64,000 nucleotides of DNA from contig CAZNFR010000005.1 of NCBI GenBank assembly GCA_964572225.1, positions 1,383 to 65,382 of the forward strand. Direction: 5' to 3'. This document shows, piece by piece, positions 7,886-17,847 of this stretch. The first letter of the stretch is position 1. Every line of letters starts with the position of its first letter. The stretch comes from an uncultured Bacteroidaceae bacterium (GTDB taxonomy: Bacteria > Bacteroidota > Bacteroidia > Bacteroidales > GCA-2748055). A program made the position numbers and the translations under genes. The notes below the pieces were generated by a model. That model saw only the letters and a list, made by a program, of their open reading frames with translations, ran no database searches and had not been told where the DNA came from.

Positions 7886-10312
7886 TTACACGTTGGCAAT
7901 TCGAATTATATCCGCAAAGATGCCTGCTGCGGTTACTGCGGCGCCTGCTCCGTATCCGCGGATCACCATGGGTTCTTCGCGATATCGTTCCGTTGTAATC
8001 AGCACAATATTATTGCTGGCAGCAAGCTCATACGCCGGATGAGCCGGATCTACCTCTAAAAGCTCTACTTTGCCCTTCCCTTCGCTAAGGCTTGCAACGA
8101 ACCTCCATCTTTTTTGTTTCTTTTCCAGAACCTTTCTTTTTTCTTCAAATTCTTCATCCAGCAGCCGGATCTCTTTCCAAAAATTATCCTGGTCGCCCGA
8201 GAAACATTTTTCCGGCAGGAAAGATTTCATTTCAACATCCTCCTCTTCCATTTTATAACCGGACTCCCTGGAAAGTATCAGGAGCTTTCGCATAACATCC
8301 TTGCCACTCAGGTCAATTCTCGGATCCGGTTCGGAAAAACCATTTTCTTTGGCCAGTTCAACAGCCCTGCTGAGTTTTATTTCGCCTGAAAGGGTATTAA
8401 ATATGAAGTTGAGAGTACCAGATAGAACTGCATCAAGCGCCAGGATCCTGTCACCGCTCCGGATCAGGTCATTGATGGTATTGATAATTGGAAGACCTGC
8501 ACCGGCATTGGTCTCGAAGCTGAACTTGACACCTTTTTTGCGGGATTTCATTTTAAGTTCATGGTAAAGGCTGTAAGACGAAGAGCAGGCGATCTTATTT
8601 GCAGTCACTACAGAGACATACTGATCAAACAATCTTCCATAAAAGGAGGATACATACTCACTGGCTGTACAATCGATAAAGACCTGGTTCCTGAGATTGA
8701 GTCTTTTCATTTCGGCCAGAAATTTCTCCAGATCCGCCTTTTCACCCTGGTCGAGGACGGCCTGATAATTGTCGAGGTCTATTCCTTCCTCGTCCAAAAG
8801 CATTTTCCGGGAATTAGTGATCCCAATTATCTTAATGTTAAGGTTATGATCCCTCATCAAATGTGAGGATTGTTGTTTGATCTGGGCAATGAGGTCCTTT
8901 CCGACAGTTCCTGTTCCTGCCAGGTAAAGGTGAAGGTCTTTGTAATGGGAAAGGAAGAATCCTTCATGGATCACATTCAGTGATTTTCTCAACTGTTCTT
9001 GTTGGATCACCACAGAGATATTTCTTTCAGATGATCCTTGTGCAGTTGCAATAACCGAAATACCGTTCCTTCCCAGGGAGATGAACAGATTTGCTGATAT
9101 TCCGGGGGTATTTCTCATTTTTTCCCCGACTATGGCAATTATGGAGAGGGCCCTTTCAACCTCAAGGTCAATTATATTTTTGATCTCCAGTTCTATGCTG
9201 AACTCTTCACGAATGGCCTTAACTGCTTTTTCGGTATCGGAAGGATCGATGGCAAAACTTATGGAGTATTCTGAGGATGCCTGTGTGATCAGAATAATAT
9301 TCACTTCCCTGGAGGCAAGGGCAGAAAAAAGCCGCATGGAAATTCCTGTGACCCCGGGGAGACCACTTCCCTGGAGAGTGATCAGATCTATGTTGTCAAT
9401 GGAAGAGATTCCCTTAATGGGACTTTCTGAAAAATTCTCGCCCGACTGGCTGATCAGAGTTCCTTTTGCAGCCGGATTGAAGGTATTCCGTATGGTGATC
9501 GGAATATTCTTTTTGTAAGCGGGATGGAGAGTGGGTGTATAGAGAACTTTGGCACCGAAGTGAGATAACTCGAGAGCTTCGGAATAGCTGAGGCTGCTGA
9601 TCACATAGGCTTTGCTTACCATACGCGGATCGGCCGTCATGAATCCATCTACATCTGTCCAGATTTCCAGTGCCTCCGCATTCAGGGCTGCAGCAATAAT
9701 GGCTGCTGTATAATCAGATCCCCCACGACCCAGTGTGGTGATCTGCCCTTTTTCGTTTGATGCGATGAATCCGGGAATTACCGCTATGGATTCCAGGTTT
9801 CTCAGAGATTCCCTGATTGAAGTGTTTGTCAGCCCGAAATTCACGTTGGCTTTGCCGTGAGTATTGTCCGTTTTTATGAAATTCCTTGCATCTATGCATC
9901 TGGCGGAGGAGAAAGAATTGCTTATAATGAAGGAAGAAAGTCTTTCACCAAAACTAAGCAGGTGGTCCTGTGTTTTTAGGGCGAGGTCCCTTACAAGGTA
10001 CACCCCGTAAAGCAGATCTTCCATTTCATCGAAGAGGGTGTTAATATGATTAATACAGGCCTCTTTTTTTTCAGGGATCAGAAGTTCTTCCACGGCTTCG
10101 AGGTGCCTTTTCCTCATTTTGAAAAGATCGTCTTTATACTCTTCCCTGCCCTCGGAGGCATTCCGGCTCATTTCAATGATCTGATCGGTTACCCCTCTGA
10201 AAGCGGAGACCACAACGACTATGGGGCCTGATTGCTCCTCAACAATTTTGATTACATTTCTGATGCTGGAAGGGGAGCCAACCGAGGAACCGCCGAATTT
10301 TAAAACTTTCAT
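7886..10312 (-). CDS. thrA: Bifunctional aspartokinase/homoserine dehydrogenase
   Basis: 808 aa. MKVLKFGGSSVG, LGRGGSDYTA, WTDVDG, two ACT regions, GTGTVG, VTANK, FETNAGAGLP, GYGAGAAVTA. Confidence 0.96.
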   Translation of the reverse strand: MKVLKFGGSSVGSPSSIRNVIKIVEEQSGPIVVVVSAFRGVTDQIIEMSRNASEGREEYKDDLFKMRKRHLEAVEELLIPEKKEACINHINTLFDEMEDLLYGVYLVRDLALKTQDHLLSFGERLSSFIISNSFSSARCIDARNFIKTDNTHGKANVNFGLTNTSIRESLRNLESIAVIPGFIASNEKGQITTLGRGGSDYTAAIIAAALNAEALEIWTDVDGFMTADPRMVSKAYVISSLSYSEALELSHFGAKVLYTPTLHPAYKKNIPITIRNTFNPAAKGTLISQSGENFSESPIKGISSIDNIDLITLQGSGLPGVTGISMRLFSALASREVNIILITQASSEYSISFAIDPSDTEKAVKAIREEFSIELEIKNIIDLEVERALSIIAIVGEKMRNTPGISANLFISLGRNGISVIATAQGSSERNISVVIQQEQLRKSLNVIHEGFFLSHYKDLHLYLAGTGTVGKDLIAQIKQQSSHLMRDHNLNIKIIGITNSRKMLLDEEGIDLDNYQAVLDQGEKADLEKFLAEMKRLNLRNQVFIDCTASEYVSSFYGRLFDQYVSVVTANKIACSSSYSLYHELKMKSRKKGVKFSFETNAGAGLPIINTINDLIRSGDRILALDAVLSGTLNFIFNTLSGEIKLSRAVELAKENGFSEPDPRIDLSGKDVMRKLLILSRESGYKMEEEDVEMKSFLPEKCFSGDQDNFWKEIRLLDEEFEEKRKVLEKKQKRWRFVASLSEGKGKVELLEVDPAHPAYELAASNNIVLITTERYREEPMVIRGYGAGAAVTAAGIFADIIRIANV

Positions 10313-10372
10313 AAAGCTGGATTTTTACAAGGCCGGAGAGTGATTTTGTTTATGATATAATCCTATATGTAC

Positions 10373-11248
10373 TTAAATACCTGATACTTCAACACTCCGG
10401 TCTACCTTCCGTATCAGCCCCTGAAGGACATTTCCCGGACCCACTTCAGTAAAAGAAACTGCTCCTGCTTCGATCATGGCCCTTACGATCTGTGTCCATC
10501 GTACCGGACTGGTTAACTGGTCAATCAGCTTTGATTTAATTACCTCCGGATTTTCGGAGGGGGCAGCATCGGTATTCTGAAAGACAGGACAAACCGGTTG
10601 GCTGAAGTGAGTTGAATTTATGGCTTCGGCCAGCTCTTTTCGCGCAGGCTCCATAAGCGGAGAATGGAAAGCCCCTCCCACTGAAAGCTTTATGGCTCTT
10701 TTAGCACCGGCAGCACTCAGCTTCTCAATGGCCAGGTCAATACCTTTAACCGAACCGGAGATCACAATCTGACCGGGACTGTTATAATTGGCGGGTACCA
10801 CAACTTCATCAATTTCTTTACAGGCTCTTTCCACAACCTCATCCTCCAGTCCGATGATTGCTGCCATGGTTGAAGGCTCAGCCTCACAGGCTTTCTGCAT
10901 GGCCAAGGCTCTATTATAAACCAGCTTTAGGCCGTCTTCAAAACTGAGAGATCTGTTCGCAACCAGGGCAGAAAACTCCCCCAGTGAATGACCCGCAACC
11001 ATATCTGGGGTGAATTCTGAACCCAAACTTTCGGCTAAAAGAACAGAATGTAGAAAGATGGCGGGCTGTGTAACCCGGGTTTGCCTGAGATCCTCATCTG
11101 TTCCTTCAAACATCAGATCGGTGATGCGGAACCCCAGAATCTCATTGGCCTGATCAAATTTATTCTTAATATTTTCACTTCCTTCATATAATTCTTTGCC
11201 CATTCCTGAAAACTGGGCTCCCTGGCCGGGAAAAACAAAAGCCTTCAT
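10373..11248 (-). CDS. fabD: Malonyl-CoA:ACP transacylase
   Basis: FPGQGAQ, AGHSLGEFSAL, ANYNSPGQIVISG, SVGGAFHSPLM, EVGPGNVL. Confidence 0.97.
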   Translation of the reverse strand: MKAFVFPGQGAQFSGMGKELYEGSENIKNKFDQANEILGFRITDLMFEGTDEDLRQTRVTQPAIFLHSVLLAESLGSEFTPDMVAGHSLGEFSALVANRSLSFEDGLKLVYNRALAMQKACEAEPSTMAAIIGLEDEVVERACKEIDEVVVPANYNSPGQIVISGSVKGIDLAIEKLSAAGAKRAIKLSVGGAFHSPLMEPARKELAEAINSTHFSQPVCPVFQNTDAAPSENPEVIKSKLIDQLTSPVRWTQIVRAMIEAGAVSFTEVGPGNVLQGLIRKVDRSVEVSGI

Positions 11249-11276
11249 ACTTAGTTCCTTTTTTTTTAGTTTGAGG

Positions 11277-11284
11277 CAAAAATA
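11277..11284 (-). promoter_or_regulatory. Bacteroidota sigma70 -7 element for fabD
   Basis: TATTTTTG on the minus strand (TAnnTTTG), 29 nt upstream of the ATG. Confidence 0.6.
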
Positions 11285-11370
11285 GTCAGTAGAAATCTAA
11301 TAATTTACTATTTAAAGTAAAATTTGTGTAAACTGAAAGAATGAATGGTCTTGCAGAATAAGATTGAAAT

Positions 11371-12009
11371 TCAGGAAAGCCTTGAGCCGATAAGGTGAAA
11401 GAACTCCTCTCTTGTGTCTCCATTGGTTAAAAACTCACCGGTAAAAGCCGAGGTGGTGGTGACGGAAGTAGATTTTTGTACACCTCTCATTACCATGCAC
11501 ATATGTCTTGCTTCAATAACCACTGCAACCCCCAGAGGACTGAGAGTCTGATCAATGCAATCGCGGATCTGAATGGTTAATCTTTCCTGGACTTGTAATC
11601 TTCGGGCAAAAGCCTCGGTAACCCTGGCCAGTTTGCTAAGTCCGGTAATTACCCCATTGGGAATATAGGCTATGTGGACCTTTCCATAAAAGGGCAACAG
11701 GTGATGCTCACAAAGGGAAAAAAGTTCAATATCCTTTACCATTACAATCTCCTTGTACTCCTCTTTGAAAAGAGCGGATTTCAGGATCTGAACAGGGTCG
11801 ATTCCATAACCCTTGGTAAGATACTGTAAAGCTTTGGCTACCCTTTCCGGAGTTTTTTCGAGGCCTTCTCTTTGAGGATTTTCTCCAAGGAAGGACAAAA
11901 TATCTTTATACCTGGCAGATATTTCTTCGGTAACCCCTTTATCAAATCGGGTTACTTCTTCAAAACCGTTGCCATTTCCATTTTCCGGGTTTCGTGATTC
12001 TATTTTCAT
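11371..12009 (-). CDS. folE: GTP cyclohydrolase I
   Basis: [50 protein letters not shown]. Start taken at MKIESR (12009). Confidence 0.95.
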   Translation of the reverse strand: MKIESRNPENGNGNGFEEVTRFDKGVTEEISARYKDILSFLGENPQREGLEKTPERVAKALQYLTKGYGIDPVQILKSALFKEEYKEIVMVKDIELFSLCEHHLLPFYGKVHIAYIPNGVITGLSKLARVTEAFARRLQVQERLTIQIRDCIDQTLSPLGVAVVIEARHMCMVMRGVQKSTSVTTTSAFTGEFLTNGDTREEFFHLIGSRLS

Positions 12010-12099
12010 GTATATATTCTTTGACCTGCGGTAAATCTGGCAGGGTAACATTTGGCAATGAGACTGGAAAAACTTGCAAATTAAGCGAATAAGCGGGAG

Positions 12100-12513
12100 T
12101 TATTCCCCATAATACTCGACAAAATTATTTTCAGTTTCATCTATGCGGATCTTATGAAGTTCCACACCCAATTCTTTTACTCCGGGAATGAGTTGTTCCC
12201 AAATTTTGACAACCAGGTTTTCCGTGCTGATTATGGTATCAGAGAGAAAATCAACCTCAAGATTGAGATTTTTATGATCCACTTTTTCAATTATTTCTTT
12301 TTTAATAAGTTGCCCAAGTTTTTTCAGGTCACAGACATAACCGGTCTGAGGATCTATTTCTCCTTTTACCGTAACCCACATTGTATAGTTGTGTCCATGC
12401 CATTTGGGATTGGAACATGCTCCGAAAATTTCGGAATTCCTTTTATCCGACCAGTTTTCATTGAATAGCCTGTGTGCAGCGCTGAAACGTTCGCGTCTTG
12501 TTACGAGTACCAT
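12100..12513 (-). CDS. queD: 6-carboxytetrahydropterin synthase / 6-pyruvoyl-tetrahydropterin synthase family
   Basis: FSAAHRL, CSNPKWHGHNY, VDHKNLN, STENL, ETENN. Adjacent to folE. Confidence 0.9.
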   Translation of the reverse strand: MVLVTRRERFSAAHRLFNENWSDKRNSEIFGACSNPKWHGHNYTMWVTVKGEIDPQTGYVCDLKKLGQLIKKEIIEKVDHKNLNLEVDFLSDTIISTENLVVKIWEQLIPGVKELGVELHKIRIDETENNFVEYYGE

Positions 12514-12584
12514 TGTTTTTAATTGTTTTCAATATGTAATTGGACAAAGGGAAGGAAGATTTTCGCATTCGAAGGATAATGTAC

Positions 12585-12592
12585 TAAATTTG
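12585..12592 (+). promoter_or_regulatory. -7 element for mqnB-mqnD-hldD
   Basis: TAAATTTG, 31 nt upstream of ATG 12623. Confidence 0.6.
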
Positions 12593-12622
12593 AACCGGTT
12601 TTGCCAGTCCAAACGGTATTTT

Positions 12623-13327
12623 ATGTCAAACAGCAGCAATTCCCCTCCCCGCATCCTGATTGTAGTCAGTTCGATCACTGAGCTTAATCTAATGGAAGAA
12701 ACACTCCTCATCCGGAAAAGTTTGGAAAGGGGTCTTTACTATTCCTCTCTTCCGGGGGTTCAATGTGATTTTCTTTGTCCGGGGCCCGGATTGTTTCCCC
12801 TTGTTTACCGGCTGGGGCAAATTCTAAGCAGGAGTACCTACGATCTGGTAATCAATGCAGGTATTTGTGGCAGTTTTTCCAAAGACCTGAAAAACGGATC
12901 TCTGGTAAATGTGAGAGAGGATTGCTTTGCAGATTTTGGGGCAGAGGATCAGGGCAGGTTTCTCAGGGCCGGGGAATTGGGTTTGCTGGATCCCGATGAA
13001 TTTCCTTTTGAGAATGGGTTCATTGTGAATTCACCCGGACCCTATTCGCATTTTTTCGACAAACTGCAAGCGGTTCGGGGAATCAGCGTTATGAGGGTTA
13101 CCGGTACGGAGGAGACGGCATCTCTTTGGAAAGAATTATACAATCCGGTTGTTGAAAGTATGGAGGGTGCCGGGTTTTTTTATGTATGCCGTATGGAAAA
13201 TACTAACTTTGTACAGATCAGGGCGGTTTCCAACCGGGTTGGGAAAAGAGATCTGGCATCCTGGGATATTCCAGTTGCCATGAGGGCCCTGACAAGTTTT
13301 TTAAAGGATCTCTTAAGGCATGACTAA
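12623..13327 (+). CDS. mqnB: Futalosine hydrolase
   Basis: PNP/UDP-phosphorylase fold motifs DLVINAGICGSF, VESMEGAGFFYVC, QIRAVSNRVGKRD..W. Immediately upstream of mqnD. Start taken at 12623, after a TAAATTTG box. Confidence 0.85.
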   Translation: MSNSSNSPPRILIVVSSITELNLMEETLLIRKSLERGLYYSSLPGVQCDFLCPGPGLFPLVYRLGQILSRSTYDLVINAGICGSFSKDLKNGSLVNVREDCFADFGAEDQGRFLRAGELGLLDPDEFPFENGFIVNSPGPYSHFFDKLQAVRGISVMRVTGTEETASLWKELYNPVVESMEGAGFFYVCRMENTNFVQIRAVSNRVGKRDLASWDIPVAMRALTSFLKDLLRHD

Positions 13328-14180
13328 GAAAAAAATACAACTGGGCTTTTCCCCTTGTCCCAACGATACCTTTATGTTTTTCGCCCTTGTACATGGTCTC
13401 ATTGATACCGGCGGACTCGAATATGAGATTGAAATGTCTGATATCGAAGATCTTAATCGAAGGGTGCTCGATGGAAATTTACTTTTATCCAAGATCAGTT
13501 ATGCAGCATTTCCCGAAGTATCGGATCGATATAGAATTCTGAATGCCGGAAGCGCCCTTGGATTCAGGAACGGTCCTCTGGTGGTAAGCAAACGGCGGAT
13601 CTATCCTGATGAACTTTTTGATGCCCTGATTGCGATACCCGGGGAAATGACCACGGCCAATTTTTTGTTACAGAATTTTTATCCCGATGCCCGTAAAAAA
13701 CGAACTTACCTTTTTTCCGAAATTGAAGAAGCAGTACTTTCCGATGAAGCAGATGCCGGATTGCTCATACATGAAAGCAGGTTTACCTATTTATCCAAAG
13801 GATTAAAGCTTGTGGATGATCTTGGGGAGAAATGGGAAGATGCCTGCCATTTGCCTGTTCCCCTGGGTTGCATTGTCGCTTTGCGGGAGATGGGAGATGA
13901 GTTAACGACACAGGTAGAGAAGCACATAAGGGAAAGTATACAATTCGCCTTCCAGAATCCCAGAGTCCCACTCGACTGGATCAAAAAATTTTCCCGGGAG
14001 CTTTCAGACGAAGTTATTCATCAGCATATTGATCTTTATGTAAATTCTTTTTCGCTTGAGCTGGGGGAGGAAGGCAGAGAAGCCGTGAATTTTTTATACG
14101 AGCAGGGGTTGAAAAGCGGGGTCTTCAACATAACCGATAAAGAATGGTTTTTTACGAATTCGAAACAGAACCGCATATGA
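13320..14180 (+). CDS. mqnD: 1,4-dihydroxy-6-naphthoate synthase
   Basis: LGFSPCPNDTFMF, KISYAA, GSALGFRNGPL, AIPGEMTTAN, LIHESRFTY, PVPLGCI, HIDLYVN. Confidence 0.93.
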   Translation: MTKKKIQLGFSPCPNDTFMFFALVHGLIDTGGLEYEIEMSDIEDLNRRVLDGNLLLSKISYAAFPEVSDRYRILNAGSALGFRNGPLVVSKRRIYPDELFDALIAIPGEMTTANFLLQNFYPDARKKRTYLFSEIEEAVLSDEADAGLLIHESRFTYLSKGLKLVDDLGEKWEDACHLPVPLGCIVALREMGDELTTQVEKHIRESIQFAFQNPRVPLDWIKKFSRELSDEVIHQHIDLYVNSFSLELGEEGREAVNFLYEQGLKSGVFNITDKEWFFTNSKQNRI

Positions 14181-15142
14181 TAGTAATTACTGGAGCAGCC
14201 GGATTTATAGGATCCAATATGGTTAGCAGACTTAATGAGGAAGGATATAAGGACCTTATTCTTGTAGATGATTTCAGCAGGAATGAAAAAGAAAAGAATT
14301 TTCGGAATAAGACCTTCGCTTCCCTGATTAAACGAATGGATTTTCCCCATTGGCTCAGGGAAAATCAACGTCAGATCGAATTTGTGTTTCACCTGGGTGC
14401 CAGGACAGATACCACCGAACCGCGCAGGGAGATCTTTAACGAACTGAATTTGGATTACTCAAAAACAGTCTGGAAAATCTGCACCGAATTTGGGATCCCA
14501 CTGGTTTATGCTTCTTCTGCCGCAACCTACGGTGAAGGAGAATTGGGATATAAGGATGATCACGATATTATTCCGGTTCTTAAGCCTCTCAATGAGTACG
14601 GGCGCTCCAAGAATGAATTTGATAAATGGGTACTTAAACAGGAAAAATTTCCCTTTTTCTGGGCAGGTCTTAAATTCTTCAATGTTTATGGCCCGAATGA
14701 GTACCATAAAGGCCGGATGGCGTCGGTTGTTTTTCATGCATTCAATCAGATCCGTGAGAAAGGGGAAATGAATTTGTTCCGCTCCCATAATGAACAATAT
14801 AAGGACGGGGAACAGTTGCGCGATTTCATTTATGTTAAGGACGTAATTGATGTGATGTTTTGGATGATGGAAACCCGGAAAAATCCGGGGATCTATAATC
14901 TCGGAACCGGAAAGGCACGTACGTTTCTGGATCTGGTCAGTGGGGTCTTCCAAGCTATGGACAGAAAGCCTGTTATTCATTTTATCGATACCCCGGAAGA
15001 CATCCGGGATAAGTACCAGTACTTTACCGAGGCGACCATGGGAAAACTCAAAACGGCTGGGTATCCAGGTGAGTTTACGACTCTCGAAAGAGGGGTGGAG
15101 GACTATGTTCAAAACTATCTGTTGGCAGGTTCTTATAATTGA
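14177..15142 (+). CDS. hldD: ADP-L-glycero-D-manno-heptose 6-epimerase
   Basis: MIVITGAAGFIGSN, YASSAATYG, PLNEYGRSK, FFNVYGPNEYHKGRMASV, RDFIYVKD. ATGA overlap with mqnD. Confidence 0.93.
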   Translation: MIVITGAAGFIGSNMVSRLNEEGYKDLILVDDFSRNEKEKNFRNKTFASLIKRMDFPHWLRENQRQIEFVFHLGARTDTTEPRREIFNELNLDYSKTVWKICTEFGIPLVYASSAATYGEGELGYKDDHDIIPVLKPLNEYGRSKNEFDKWVLKQEKFPFFWAGLKFFNVYGPNEYHKGRMASVVFHAFNQIREKGEMNLFRSHNEQYKDGEQLRDFIYVKDVIDVMFWMMETRKNPGIYNLGTGKARTFLDLVSGVFQAMDRKPVIHFIDTPEDIRDKYQYFTEATMGKLKTAGYPGEFTTLERGVEDYVQNYLLAGSYN

Positions 15143-15220
15143 AATATCTTTACAGGATAAGTTGGTTTCAAGAAAAAAATCAACCAGACTGTTTACTAAC
15201 ACACCATTGCTTCCTACGGG

Positions 15221-17026
15221 ATGAAAACAGAACTTGCACGTAGCCTGAACAACTTCCTTTCTTTGTTGATCGTTGCCGGGATTTTTTATTTCCTTATTCC
15301 GCTTGTTTCTTTAGTATTGCTATTGCCCGGGGCCCTTCTACTCTTGTCGGCTCTTGATTACCGGACTCAAAATCGTAAACCCGATTATCTTTTCGGACTG
15401 GAAACAGGGAACGAATTTCTGAGCCGAAAGGGAGGCATATGGTTATTACTAAAATACCCGGTTATTTTTCTTGGGCTGGTTTTTGATCTTGTAATCTGGA
15501 TACTTAATGGGGTTTTGGTCCTTTTTCGTTTCTTTACCGATGCATTGTTACTGGTAAGAGAAGTTCTTTTCTGGGTTTTTCATGCCGTGATCTGGTTTCT
15601 GGGTCTGTTTGTTCCACCCTTGGTAATTGTATTCAGGAGCTTCATTCATTATTTTTTAAGATGGCCCTGGTGGATTTACCGTTGTACTTTCCATAACACA
15701 AAGCTTGCCTTTTACTGGCTTTTCCTCAGGATCGCTTTCAGGGGAGCTTTCCTTGCCTTGTTCATCCTTTTGATTTTTTATGGAACGGCAGTGATTATTG
15801 AAGTTTACCCTCTGATCTATGTCGGGTTGGCCTTTGCTCTGCTTCCCCTTACCTGGGCATATACCGAAATCGGCGCTCTTCGCCAGAGAGACAACCAGAT
15901 TACCTCCTACAAGCGGGTAAGAAAACTTTTTTCCAGAGGGATGGAATCTGTCAGAGCTGTCCTTTTTTATCTTTCTTCCCTGGTGGTATTGCTTGTGCTT
16001 CAGATTTTACTTTACATGCTGGGATGGATACCCGACGTGGGATTCAGTCTGCTGGGGATTAGCCTGAACATAGGAACGCTTATCAGTATTGTAATTCTAT
16101 TTATGGCAGTTATACTGCTATTTTCCAAGTTTCTTATTCCTCCCTATATTTTGCAGGACCGAAAGCATGAGAACAATCTTTCCTCCTCCCTTTATTTCCT
16201 TGGAATCATCGGTAGGAAATTCCTACGATACCTTTTTGCCCATGTTCCTGCTCTGGTTTTTGGTGTTTTCCTTATGCTTCTCCCTGCAATTATTATGATT
16301 ACCGCCGGATGGATCAGCATCAATATAAAAAATACCGTTCTGGATACCCGTATCAACTCCATGGTCCAAAAGGAGAAGAAGGCTGAAGGGATTGAAGCAT
16401 ACCGGATAGGGGCCAGAACCGACCAATTGAGATACTATAGAGAATATCCTTTCAATTTTATTTCCGGTTTCAGAGGAATTAAGGAGGAAATGAAACGAAA
16501 TCAGTGGTTATCTGCCAATATTGATTCATCCCTAGAGAATATCAGAAGATCCGAAAGGATGTTCAATCAGGATGTTGACTCCCTGAAAAATGAAATCTCC
16601 CTTTTAGAGGCCAAAACCGATTCCATAAGCAAGATAAGAGCCGACCTGAGGAAACAAAACCTGCAACAAAAGATTGAAGAATTCAACATTTGGAAATTAT
16701 CGAGACAACAGGATATTTTCAGAGAGACTGCCCGGTTGGAAAGTTCCAAAAATCTGGTAAAACAACTGCCCCTGGTATTTCTTTTCTCGGCTATTTGGGC
16801 TTCGCTGCTTGGGGGACTCATCCTGGCGGTTTTCATCTCCTATCTTGGGAATCTCTATTTTGAGCTTTATTCTCTGGGGGAGGACAGTAAACCCACTTAC
16901 CTTAGACAATTATTCCATAAATTCAGAGAAAAGGATAGGAATCAGCCCTTACTTGGATTTACCCTGCTTTTCATCCTGTTAACAGGGATGGGGATTGCCT
17001 GGTTTTTCCTTTACTTATCGAACTGA
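15221..17026 (+). CDS. Hypothetical polytopic membrane protein with a soluble coiled-coil-like insert
   Basis: 601-aa ORF with many hydrophobic segments and a charged helical region (~aa 370-515). No family recognised. Confidence 0.75.
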   Translation: MKTELARSLNNFLSLLIVAGIFYFLIPLVSLVLLLPGALLLLSALDYRTQNRKPDYLFGLETGNEFLSRKGGIWLLLKYPVIFLGLVFDLVIWILNGVLVLFRFFTDALLLVREVLFWVFHAVIWFLGLFVPPLVIVFRSFIHYFLRWPWWIYRCTFHNTKLAFYWLFLRIAFRGAFLALFILLIFYGTAVIIEVYPLIYVGLAFALLPLTWAYTEIGALRQRDNQITSYKRVRKLFSRGMESVRAVLFYLSSLVVLLVLQILLYMLGWIPDVGFSLLGISLNIGTLISIVILFMAVILLFSKFLIPPYILQDRKHENNLSSSLYFLGIIGRKFLRYLFAHVPALVFGVFLMLLPAIIMITAGWISINIKNTVLDTRINSMVQKEKKAEGIEAYRIGARTDQLRYYREYPFNFISGFRGIKEEMKRNQWLSANIDSSLENIRRSERMFNQDVDSLKNEISLLEAKTDSISKIRADLRKQNLQQKIEEFNIWKLSRQQDIFRETARLESSKNLVKQLPLVFLFSAIWASLLGGLILAVFISYLGNLYFELYSLGEDSKPTYLRQLFHKFREKDRNQPLLGFTLLFILLTGMGIAWFFLYLSN

Positions 17027-17226
17027 TCATGCAATTTATTGAGATCACGCACAAAAGCACTGATTTCATCCTCATCAAATCCTTTTTCCCTTGCTGCTTC
17101 TTCGAGGGTTCCCCAAACCGGTTCACCACAGGCAATGCATTTAATCCCTTTTTCTGAAAGGTATTTTACGGCTGCTGGCAATGTGGTTACCAGGTCATCA
17201 ATGCTTGTTTCTTTCCTTATAATCAT
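17011..17226 (-). CDS. DUF1858-like small protein (CxxC)
   Basis: 71 aa. IRKETSIDDLV..LPAAVKYL...GIKCIACGEPVWGTLEEAAREKG. A TAATTTTG box lies upstream. Confidence 0.8.
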   Translation of the reverse strand: MIIRKETSIDDLVTTLPAAVKYLSEKGIKCIACGEPVWGTLEEAAREKGFDEDEISAFVRDLNKLHDQFDK

Positions 17227-17248
17227 ATCCCTTGTTTTTAAAGTTCCG

Positions 17249-17256
17249 CAAAATTA
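17249..17256 (-). promoter_or_regulatory. -7 element for the DUF1858-like gene
   Basis: TAATTTTG on the minus strand. Confidence 0.55.
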
Positions 17257-17288
17257 ATAATTTCCGGAGATTAAAAATCCCGATCGCC

Positions 17289-17843
17289 ATGCATAGAAAG
17301 AAAGCTTTGGATCTCTTACACCAATATATCCAATCGGATAAAATGATCAGTCATTGCCTCAGCTCGGAAGCCGTTTTGCGTGCAGCAGCCAGAGAGCTCA
17401 ACGAAGATGAGAATAAGTACGGATTAGCCGGATTGCTGCATGATCTGGATGTTGAGATCACCGCCGGAGAACCGGAAAAACACGGACATAAAACCTTAGA
17501 GATCCTCAGGAAAGAAGGACTGGATGAAGAGATCCTTGAAGCCATCGTGCTTCACAATGAAATGAACGGGTCGGGGGAGAGGACCTCCAGGTTTCATCAT
17601 GTCCTGGCTGCAGGTGAAACCATTACCGGGTTGATATTTGCAACTACCCTTGTTTATCCCGAGAAAAAGATTGAAAACGTAAAGTATAAGTCTATCCGGA
17701 AGCGAATGAAGGAAAAGGCTTTTGCAGCTTCGGTTGATCGCGACATTATTATGGAATGCGAAAAGGCGGGAATCCCCCTTGATGATTTTATCCGGATCTC
17801 CGTGGATGCCATGAAAGAAATATCTGATGATATAGGTCTGTGA
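17289..17843 (+). CDS. HD/HDIG-domain metal-dependent hydrolase
   Basis: MISHCLSSEA, AGLLHDLD, AIVLHN, KEKAFAASVDR. Start taken at MHRKK (17289). Confidence 0.85.
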   Translation: MHRKKALDLLHQYIQSDKMISHCLSSEAVLRAAARELNEDENKYGLAGLLHDLDVEITAGEPEKHGHKTLEILRKEGLDEEILEAIVLHNEMNGSGERTSRFHHVLAAGETITGLIFATTLVYPEKKIENVKYKSIRKRMKEKAFAASVDRDIIMECEKAGIPLDDFIRISVDAMKEISDDIGL

Positions 17844-17847
17844 AAGT

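Noticed and set aside
11259-11267. Homopolymer tracts (T9 before fabD, A9 after nqrD and nqrF) as phase-variation switches
   Set aside because: They lie in A-rich translation-initiation regions typical of Bacteroidota and next to essential genes.
12389-12622. N-terminal extensions given by the ORF track (mqnB, holA, folE, HAD, GNAT, chaN, 1195-aa protein)
   Set aside because: They overlap neighbouring genes or promoter boxes. Downstream ATGs fit the family starts better.
14459-15202. 247-aa antisense ORF (and 21985..22665 opposite nqrC)
   Set aside because: Both are shadows of well-supported genes.
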